NCBI RefSeq assembly: GCF_001194135.2 | Contig: NC_068984.1 | Coordinates: forward strand, 104,788,264-104,832,710 | DNA: 44,447 nt | DNA from: Octopus bimaculoides | Lineage: Eukaryota | Direction of reading: 5' to 3' | Program-made: the position numbers and the translations under genes | The notes under the pieces: generated by a model | Database searches by the model: none | Told to the model about the DNA's origin: nothing | Seen by the model: only the letters and a program-made list of their open reading frames with translations | In this document: piece by piece, positions 35,226-44,447 of the stretch | Numbering within the stretch: the stretch's first letter is position 1 | Layout: each line of letters begins with the position of its first letter

Positions 35226-35975
35226 ATGCTACCAAAGAAAAAATGTAATCTCTCTGAAAACACCTATAAAGCAAGGAGGAGTGTAGAAAATCGAAGATGA
35301 GAGTCTCAAAAGATAAGGAACATGAGACTTTCTCAACATCAGCAAAGGCATGCTGCAGCACATCAGATGGAGTTTCAATACAGAAGGGACAAGACACTTT
35401 CCAAAGATCACCAAATGCATGCTGCAGCACGTCAAATACAGTCTCAAGATAGAAGGGAGATGAAACTTTCTCAACATCAGCAAAGGCATGCTGCAGCACA
35501 TCAGATGGAGTTTCAATACAGAAGGGACAAGACACTTTCCAAAGATCACCAAATGCATGCTGCAGCACGTCAAATACAGTCTCAAGACAGAAGGGAGATG
35601 AGACTTTCTCAAGATCAGCAAAGGCATGCTGCAGCACTTTATGCTGAATCATTAAAACATTGTTTAGCATGCCAGATTACACAGAGGTCCGATAGAATAG
35701 CTCTCAGAAACAGATCATGTACAAATTCATTTTTCACAACACCTGGAGCTGCTTTCAGGTATGATCCATTCCATTCTTATAAAAATGATAATTCTGTCCA
35801 AATTGGTGTACTAAACTCAAATTGTCATTTATGCAAAGTTTTAAAATTCACTCCACAAATGTTTTGTCATCAATGCTGCGCTTTCATGTATCAATTGTTT
35901 CAACATAACTGTAATATATATATATATACAAACTATGCTGTTCTAATCTCGAGCAATGCTGGGTATCTCTGCTAG
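35226..35975 (+). mobile_element. Internally deleted Helitron: RepHel N-terminal coding remnant joined to a hairpin-CTAG 3' end
   Basis: MLPKKKCNLSENTYKARRS...* then RLSQ.QQRHAAA repeats and AAFRYDPFHSYKNDNSVQIGVLNSNCHLCKVLKF, resembling the conserved AAF.YDP...V.IG.M...C..C.A.KF motif of animal Helitron ORFs. Ends 'ctcgagcaatgctgggtatctctgCTAG|T' at 35972-35976. The true 5' end upstream was not located. Confidence 0.8.
35322..35637 (+). repeat. Coding tandem repeat, 138-bp unit (2x69 bp) x2.3
   Basis: Units start at 35322, 35460 and 35598. The first two differ at only a couple of positions. Confidence 0.95.
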
Positions 35976-36455
35976 TATATATAAGCTTGGATCTTTTCTA
36001 ATGCTATCACAGTTTCCTCTTTTTTAATTTTGTTCCAGTTGTTTTCAAATTTGGTGCACTGATGTAGTTTGCATGCTAATTGTGAAAATGAAGTTCATTT
36101 TTGCCATAAATTAATAAATAATAAATTAATAGCTTGCAAATTTTGGGTAATGTTTGCAAATTGAAAGCTACAGACACATCAGTGCCTGTTCTCATAGTAA
36201 CAAGTTATTTTCAATTTAAAACCACAAGGTGTATTTTCTTTACCTATTTTGTTTGAGGAGTACTTAATTTCTAAACTTTTGTTCTTGAATGTTCGCTTCT
36301 AAAAATTTTATTAATTGTTTACATGAACTGTGCTATTGCTACAATATAACATGTAGCTTGATTTTTGTAATTTTTCACCAAAAAATTTTATTGAAGATTT
36401 TTTCTTTTTAAATTGCTTACATGACTGTTCAGCTGTTTGTTTTAAATTATATTTT

Positions 36456-37077
36456 TTCGAATCTGGTATATTGCTGTAATTTTTCATGGTGAATCTCATT
36501 CTGTGACTCACTTGTTCCAGAAATTTTTTTAGAAAAGTGTTTATTAAAAATATGTTACTAATTGATTAACCCCAGGTCATCCTTACCCCAACCCCAATTC
36601 TAATCTTAAACCCTAACTCTAACCCTAAACCCTGACCTTAAACCTTAAATCTAACCCTAAACGTCAACCCTAACTCGAACCCTTAACCACAACTCTAAAC
36701 CCTAACATACAAGTTGTTTGTTTTGTAATATTTCACAAAAAATTTTGTAGAAGACTTTTTTTCTTTTTTAAATTAGTTACTTGGCTGTTGACATGATTTT
36801 ATTGATTAAAACTTATTGAAACTTCAAAACTCCTTACAACTTTCATTGTCAAGTGTTTTGCTTTCATTTTGTTTAATAAAAATTTGTTGTCTTAATGTTT
36901 TGCTTTCATGCTTTTACTATCAAGCTGAAAATGCCAGCTTCGAAATCCTCTTTTCTGACTGGGTAAAAATAATCAAATTGCAACCCTCAGTAACATTTTT
37001 ATAAAATCTTTCTGGAACAAGAGAATAACACAATCAGATTCAGTGTGAAAAATTACTTCAATATACCAAATTTGAAA
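36456..37077. mobile_element. MITE-like element with ~85-bp imperfect inverted repeats
   Basis: 36456-36543 vs the reverse complement of 36991-37077 (tggtatattg..gtaatttttca...tgaatct.att.tgt.a.tc.cttgttccagaaa). True outer ends may extend further. Confidence 0.7.
36581..36706. repeat. Degenerate telomere-like (CCCTAA)n array
   Basis: Repeated aaccctaa/aaccctaaac/aactctaa variants. Confidence 0.8.
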
Positions 37078-37483
37078 ATTTTCTGTTAATTTTAAAATTT
37101 CAAAAGCTGCGACTGCAACAGAAAAGACTCAAAAGCTTTTGCAAAAAATTACTTGAAACAACTAAAACATTCTTTTTTAATGATCAACTATTTAAAAAAA
37201 AAATTTTTTAAAAACAAAATTCCTTTTATTTAGCAGAATATCACTATCCTTTGTGCAGGAAGTTCATATATATGTAATATTTTATGCCTGGTGTAAATTT
37301 TGTGTGTAAGCACTTTTGTTTTTCAACTTTTCAAACAGAGGTGTTCCCAACAAATGCATAAAGCGGAAGTTGTCTTCTTTGCAGTGGTTCTAACTATTTC
37401 CAGTTTTGGATTTAGAATTTTTGTAAAGTATTCTTCAATTGTCTTTTGTAGTTGATCATTTTCGTCTGTGATATATAGATATC

Positions 37484-37990
37484 ACCATCATCATCATCAT
37501 TTAATGTCTGCCTTCCGTGGTGGCATGGGTGAGACAGTTTGACAGGAGCTTGCCATGCAGAAGCCTGCACTGGACTTCTGTGACTGTTTTGGCAGGAGTT
37601 TTACAGTTGGATGCCCTTCGTAACACCAACTACTCAGCAGAGTGGACTTAGTGCTTTTTATATGGCACAAGCACAGACGAGGTTAGTTTTGGCATGGTTT
37701 TTACAGCTGGATGCCCTTCCAAATGCCAACCATTTATAGTGTGGACTGGATGCTTTTTAAGTGGCACCTGCACTGACAGGGTCATTAAGTACCTTGCAAG
37801 ACCAAAAAAAAAAGTATATATATATATATCATTATCATCATCATCGTTTAATGTCTGCCTTCCATGCTGATATGGGTGGGATGGTTTTGGCAGGATTTTT
37901 ACAGCTGGATGCCCTTCCAAATGCCAACCACTTTACAGTATGGACTGGGTGCTTTTAAGTGGCACCTGCACTGACATGGTCACCAAGTAC
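37484..37990 (-). mobile_element. Two tandem RTE tail fragments with internal duplication
   Basis: (TCA)n tails at ~37484-37500 and ~37830-37843. 'ttttacagctggatgcccttccaaatgccaacca...tggactg..tgcttttaagtggcacctgcactgaca' is present at ~37700 and ~37905. Confidence 0.8.
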
Positions 37991-38224
37991 TTGCAATACA
38001 AAACAAAAACTCTTTTGAGAGGGGAGGGGGCATTGGAGGAGGTGATATTGTGTAGGATGATGAAAGGTTATAGTGAGGCAGAGAGACAGAAACAGGTATC
38101 TTGCTGTAGAGGGGGNNNNNNNNNNNNNNNNNNNNNNNNNNNNNNNNNNNNNNNNNNNNNNNNNNNNNNNNNNNNNNNNNNNNNNNNNNNNNNNNNNNNN
38201 NNNNNNNNNNNNNNNNNNNNNNNN

Positions 38225-38257
<33 letters not shown>

Positions 38258-38259
38258 GT

Positions 38260-38400
38260 GTTTCTTTCAGTTTCTCTCTACTAAATCCACTCACAAGGCT
38301 TTGGTCAGCCCAAGGCTGTAACAGTAAACACTTGCCCAATGTGCCATACAGTGGGACTGAACTTGAAACCATGGGATTGTGAAGCAGCTTTCTCAAGCTT
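38260..38400 (-). mobile_element. SINE 5' half
   Basis: 'ttctttcagtttctctctactaaatccactcacaaggctttggtcagccc...gtgggactgaacttgaaaccatg'. Confidence 0.85.
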
Positions 38401-38734
38401 TTGCTAGTGCATGTGTGTGTGTGTGTGTGTGTGTGCGTATGTATACACACAGACATATATGTATACCAATGATATAAAAGCAAAGAACACTTATCTCTCT
38501 CTCTCTCTCTCATTATAGTTTTTTTTCTAGTTTCTGTATTGTAATGGTGATCTGTGAAACATTCAAAAACAAAATTATTGCCATATAAAATCTCCAAAAG
38601 ACATAATATTGTTGTCCATTGTATGCAAACATACATTTTACGCTTGCACGTACACACATACACATGTATATTTATATCTATGTGTGTATGTGCATGTATA
38701 TATGTGCGTGAATATATGAATGTATGTATGAATA

Positions 38735-39020
38735 TCATCATCAGCATCGTTTAACGTCCGCCTTCCATGCTAGCATGGGTTGGACGATTTGACTGAGGAC
38801 TGGTGAAACCGAATGGCAACACCAGGCTCCAATCTGATTTGGCAGAGTTTCTACAACTGGATGCCCTTACTAATGTCAACCACTCAGAGAGTGTAGTGGG
38901 TGCTTTTACGTGTCACCCGCATGAAGGCCAGTCAGGCGGTACTGGCAATGGCCACGCTCAAAATGGTGTATTTTATGTGCCACCCGCACAAGAGCCAGTC
39001 CAGGGGCACTGGCAACGATA
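38735..39020 (-). mobile_element. Young RTE 3' UTR/tail element
   Basis: Near-identical to 15284-15594 over the first ~190 bp, with different subrepeat content further in. Confidence 0.9.
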
Positions 39021-40429
39021 TATCTATATATATATATATACAACATACTGTATAACAGTATGTATATATATATATACAACATACTGTTGAGTTTCATCCA
39101 ACCCTTACCAACATGGAAAATGCGAGCATGAAAAAGGCTAATGATAGAGAACAAAACGGTTTTTTTCTATCTTTTGTTTCTCTCATTCTGTCTATTTCTC
39201 TGTCTGTTAATCAGTTTAAGTCATTTGATAAAGATCTTGAAACCATTAGAAACTAAACCAGATTAGGGAATTCAGAAACTCAACAGTATGTTGTACTGCC
39301 TATCAGGACGAAGTTGATGGAGTAAGGATAATTGTGGTGATGGTGACACTATTGCTACTCTGAACATCAACAGAGGAGTTTCCCAACACTTACTAAGTTA
39401 AATTAATGATTACAAATATTTTTGTAAGATAAAACAAGCATGCCTACTTGCAAAATAAATACTTTGAAAGTGTTTGTAAGCTTTTGTGTGTATGTGTAAA
39501 AACAAACACATTCATCCACATGTGTCTATGTTTATATATATGCACAAATACTTTTGAATGTATGTGCATATGTACATATCTATCTGTCTCTCTGTATATT
39601 TTTATACACATGCACACACACACATACATACACACACACATTCTCCTGTCGACTATCAAACAAAACCAAACCCAAAACTAAACTACACTAATACAAAAAA
39701 ACTAAGAGCTACCTCAAATAAATTTATTTATGAAACTCTGCCATACTCCCTACTTAAAAATCAATAAAAAGTACTAAAGTAAAAACTAGAACTACCAAAG
39801 AAATATATATATATATTTTTTTCTTTTACAGTTTCAGCTTAGAGCTGCGGCCATGCTGATGCACCGGTAATGAAAGAATGAAAATACATACTATACAAAA
39901 AACAAACTTCCCATTCTGAGCTGCCAATCAAAAATCCTGGTTTTGATATCAAAATCTGTAGTACTCCATCTGACAGCGTCGTCAGTATAAAAAAATTGTT
40001 TTAATACGGCTTAGGAATACATAAACAGAACCCATGCTTGAGACAAAACGAAACATAAAAATATATAAAACATTCCCGGTTCAAAAACACAGATGTCAGA
40101 AAACTCTAGGCCCCCATGAGAGCATTGTCCCTCATATGGCATCATGAAAAGATTTAGAAAAGAAGAAAGACAGTTGCAGAAACAGAAATGGTGAAAGAGG
40201 AGAAAAACTTGGCTCACAGGTGGAAGTGATAATCACTGGAGGGAAACAAGAGAGTGCATAACAACCAAACAGTGAGAAAAAAGAGGAATAGGAAGGAAAG
40301 AGAATCATTGACAATAACATATCAAATAGGCAGTGTGTCCTTGTAATATAAATAAATAAATAAGCATTAAGACAAACCTAATCCAGGTTGTATACACCAA
40401 CATAATAATTTATAATAATCTAATAAATC

Positions 40430-41297
40430 CGATAAAAAAGAAAATATCAGGATTGTTACTATGGTGAAGAGTGAAGCTGCTTGGCACAGACTGATCTTGG
40501 ACTCTGTCACACATGCACACTAAGTTATAATGTTCTTGTTCACTTTACTTCCAAGCAGTACCTGGAAGTAAAGTGTGTAGTGTGTGGTTGTCTCAATGAG
40601 AAAACTGAGCAGGGAATCTGTATCAAATTTTGCCAAAAGCTTGGTGATATCTGTGCAGACACTTATGAAAAGTTGTAGAAAGCTTATGGAGAGGAGTGTA
40701 TGAGTGGGACGTGTGTATACAAATGGTTCAAATGTTTCCAAGATGGCTTACAAAATGTTGTCAGAGATGCATGTTCTGAGAGACCTGCAACCAGAACTGA
40801 TGAAAACATTGCAGATGTGTGCACAGCTGTCCAAAAGGACTGTTGAATCACTGTGCATGAGTTGGTGGAAGATGTGAACATTAGCCACAGTTCAGTTCAG
40901 TCCAATGTCACTGAAGATTTGAGTATGAGATGTGTGTCTGCCAAGTGTGTGCCAAAACTGCTTTTAGTTGCAGCAATTTTTGGCAAAGCACAATATTCCC
41001 CAGGTCCCACAACCACCATATTCCCTAGATTTTGCCCCTTGCAACTTTTTCCTCTTTCCGAAAATCAAATCCCACTAGAATAGAACAAGATTTCAAGATG
41101 TCAAAGAAATCTAAGAGAATGTGATAAGGCAGCTGCTCTCTATCCTAAAAAAGAAGTTCTAGGAATGCTTCCATTAATGGAAACAAAGTGTGTGGTTTCA
41201 GAAGGGAACTACTTCAAAGGAGATTAAATACCAAGTTGATATGTGTTGTAGTTTTCTTTTTATAGCACCAGTTTCAATACTTTGTGATCAAACCTCA
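40430..41297 (+). mobile_element. Internally deleted mariner-like element
   Basis: EQGICIKFCQKLG...AYGEECMS...VYKWFKCFQDG...RPATRTDENI...VSAKCVPKLL is joined directly to QQFLAKHNIPQVPQPPYSLDFAPCNFFLFPKIK...EGNYFKGD*. Right end 'tactttgtgatcaaacctca'+TA. Left TIR degenerate. Confidence 0.85.
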
Positions 41298-41429
41298 TAT
41301 ACATTCACTACACCTCCATATTTTTTATTACATTCCAGTATCTCTAAAGATTTTGCTGTTTCTCCCAGACTTCAATTCACAACTCAGTGGGAAGCTTGAA
41401 ATAACAGCAATTCTTTCAAAGTATGAATA

Positions 41430-41598
41430 TATAGGAGTGGCTGTGTGGCAAATAGCTTGCTTACCAACCACATGGTTCCGAGTTCAGTCCCACTGTGTGG
41501 CACCTTGGGTAAGTGTCTTCTACTATAACCTCGGGCCGAACAAAGCCTTGTGAGTGGATTTGGTAGATGGAAACTAAAAGAAGCCTGTCGTATATATG

Positions 41599-41629
<31 letters not shown>

Positions 41630-41830
41630 ATATGTTTGTGTGTCTGTGTTTGTGCCCCCCCACAACATCGCTTGACAACTGATGGTGGTGTGTTTACGCC
41701 CCCGTAACTTAGCAGTTCGGCAAAAGTGACCGATAGAATAAGTACTATGGTTTCAAAGAATAAGTCCTGGGGTCGACTTGTTCGACTAAAGGTAGTGCTC
41801 CAGCATGGCCGCAGTGAAATGACTGAAACC
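41430..41830 (+). mobile_element. Full-length tRNA-derived SINE
   Basis: Same family as 10158-10603. Confidence 0.92.
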
Positions 41831-42283
41831 TTGAAAGGTCAGTTATATAAGTACCAGTTGGACAAAGGTCAATGTAATTGACTTATCTCTCCCCCAAAAA
41901 GGTTGGCCTTGTGCCAAATTTGAAACCAATATTTATTTTGAAAAATATATCCCAATGATTTGGAAGTGTTTTCAATTTGAAAAATGATTCTATGTATTTA
42001 GGTAGAAAATAGTTACAAACCAATAAATGCTAATGTTTATAATAAAACTAATAATTTCAGATTTTAAGTCGCAGTAATGCCTTATGTATCCAGCTGCAAT
42101 CCAGAAAAATTAGACTATTGTATTTTCCCTAGTCAAATAATATGGTATAGCAGAATATATCCTTGCATAATGATTAGGCAAGAATACAGTGGAAATTCTG
42201 TTAATTAAACACTTAAATTATAGCTTAGGTATGTATATATACTCTTTACTCTTTTCTCTTTTACTTGCTTCATTCATTTGACT

Positions 42284-43448
42284 GTAAAAGCCTAGCAATC
42301 TAGAGTCGATAAAATCTTGGAAGGTCTGTTTTACAGCATTCATCGGAATTAAATTTTTTCCTATCAAAAAGTTACCTAAATTCTGGAAGAAGTGGTAGTC
42401 AGTGAGGACAAGATCAGGTGAGTATGGTGAATGATGGAGAACTTACAACTCTAACTTCTGTAGTTTCGCCAATATCATTTTTGTGATGTTAGGCCTGGTG
42501 TCTTGCAATAAAATAGGAGTGGATCTGTTGACTAATCTAGGCTGTTTTTTTGTAAGTTTTCACATCATTTGGTCCAGTTGGCAGCAGTATACTTCAGCCG
42601 TGATTGATGAGCCAGGTTTAATGAAATCATAATGGATCACACCTGCGCCAGACCACCAAACACACACCATCAGCTTCTTTTNNNNNNNNNNAATGGATCA
42701 CACCTGCGCCAGACCACCAAACACACACCATCAGCTTCTTTTGATGAATTTTGCCTTTTGGACTGTGTTTTGGTGGCTCGTCTTTGTCCAATCATTGTGC
42801 TGAATGTTTACAGTTGTTATACTGGATCCATTTCTCATCACATGTTACAATTCGATTCAAAAATTATTCATTTTTGTGACGAGAAAGTAGCATAAAGCAG
42901 GCTTCCAAACATTGTTGTTTCTGATTTTCATTGAGTTCATGTGGAACCCACTTATCCAACTTTTTAACTTTACCGATTTGAACTAAGTGAGTCAATATTG
43001 TTTGCTTGCTAACACCAAACACAATAATTCATGGGCACTTTGAGATGAATCTGACTTGATGGTGGCTTTCAGTTTCTCATTATCCACCTTTGTTTCTGGT
43101 CGATCGCATTGCTCATTTGTGAGGTCAGAGTTACCAGAACGAAATTTTGCAAACCAATTTGATACTGTCTGCTGTGTAATAACATTAGAATGAAATACTC
43201 GATTAATATTCTGAGCTGTCTGTGATGCTGTATTTCCAAAACAGAACTCATATTTCAAAACTGTACGAATTTCTGACTTACCCATCTCTAAACAGAAATA
43301 GCAAAAAACGATTTATAAATACTTCATAAAGTGCAAAATGAGTTAGAATAAAGAAATAGATGTGTCAGCTTTCAAACAAAAAATAAAGATTGTCAAAATC
43401 TAATAATGGTGCAAAATGAGCAGCTGTCCGAGTTTACCATATACCTTA
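42284..43448 (-). mobile_element. Mariner (Mos1/Hsmar1-like) transposase pseudogene
   Basis: MGKSEIRTVLKYEF...TVSNWFAKFRSG...; IGKVKKLDKWVPHELNENQK; IVTCDEKWI; KKLMVCVWWSGAGVIH; HSPYSPDLVLTDYHFF. Stops and frameshifts. 3' end truncated next to a SINE tail remnant at 42241-42284. Confidence 0.92.
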
Positions 43449-43796
43449 CTACAAATTTCATACCTGACGACCTAATAACAAAACTAACAGCTTAAAAATG
43501 TACCTAATATTTTAAATAAGTCTTCCTGATTTAATAATCACAATACTAGCTTTAAATACAATTTCACAGTGCAGTAAAATGTAGGGTATTGAATTAATAG
43601 TGAAGGTTAATAAACAGGAAACAACGTCATCCAGTTGATCCCACTTTTACTACCCACAGTGAAATTAGATATTAACCATTCTCATGTATCTAGCAAATTT
43701 AATCAAATTAATGAAAATCTTAGGATATATCTCATAGTAATCATTAATATGAAAAATTAACAATGCTGGTATTTCAGTAATACTTGCATATATATA

Positions 43797-44403
43797 AAAG
43801 GGGTTGCCCCCAAAAAGTATACACAATGAATGATTATAAAGTCAGAGTTTATTAAAATACATTTCATTTTCAAAACTTAATAGAATCTACAGGTATAATT
43901 TAATCCTTTTATGAATGTCTATTTTCAAACTGATGATCATTCTGGTCCAGGATCTTCTGATAACACAAGACAATGGAGTTGCAAGCTTCAGGAAACATTT
44001 CTTTTGGCATTAGTATGCTTTTTCATTCAATGGCTGCCCTCAATTTGTTTTGGCTTTGTTTAAGAATCCTCATTAAAAAACATCTAGTGGTGTGAGGTCT
44101 AGTGAACATGGAGGATGTTCTACTGAACGTCTTTATCCAGTCCACCTATTTGGCAAAATCTCATCAAGGCAGGTCCTTACAATACTATGTAGCTTGCTGG
44201 AATTAAAATAACTTCAAAGTCCTTTTTGGCATGATAGATTCTCACAGCAAGTTCAAGTAAATGGGACCAGTCACAGTACCATTAAAAAAGAATGGTTCAA
44301 TTAATTCTTTTGGTGATAAGGTACAACTCCTGGTGAATCCATATCATGTTTTCCCATAATATGTGGATTCACAGGTCCTCAGTTGGTGCAATTGTGGTGA
44401 TTA
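43797..44403 (-). mobile_element. 3' half of a second DD41D-like transposon
   Basis: The minus strand gives NHHNCTN*G..NPH...[19 protein letters not shown]...LDEILPNRWTG*RRSVEHPPCSLDLTPLDVF...QFE, with a TIR-like end 'ggggttgcccccaaaaagtatacaca' at ~43800. Confidence 0.75.
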
Positions 44404-44447
44404 ATCATCATCATCATCGTTTAACGTCCGCTTTCCATGCTAGCATG
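44404..44447 (-). mobile_element. RTE tail start (truncated by window end)
   Basis: 'tcatcatcatcatcgtttaacgtccgctttccatgctagcatg' is essentially identical to 15290-15330. Confidence 0.85.

Noticed and set aside
42631-42742. 51-bp direct duplication flanking a 10-N gap
   Set aside because: Identical sequence on both sides of a tiny gap, within a mariner ORF that is continuous if one copy is removed. This is an unmerged contig overlap.

Overview
AT-rich, gap-containing eukaryotic sequence. The tRNA-derived SINEs, RTE (GAT)n tails and microsatellite load point to an octopus or other coleoid cephalopod genome (inference, no database check). Most of the window looks like repeat-filled intron or intergenic DNA. 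I find one convincing host coding exon, an ankyrin repeat on the minus strand (11856-11920), plus a few weak exon candidates. Recognisable mobile-element remains: a Tc1-like transposase with DD36E spacing, two DD41D-type elements (one nearly full length with TIRs and a nested SINE with a 12-bp TSD), two decayed mariners, an internally deleted Helitron with coding 138-bp repeats and a hairpin-CTAG 3' end, RTE LINE 3' ends of at least two families, and many SINEs. The most notable signal not shown by the ORF track is a set of three unrelated minimal type I hammerhead-ribozyme-like motifs with palindromic stem III (326-370, 19096-19135, 33154-33197). They sit in structured or foldback repeats of Penelope-like or retrozyme character. 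Long ORFs spanning N gaps and microsatellites in the ORF track are artefacts.
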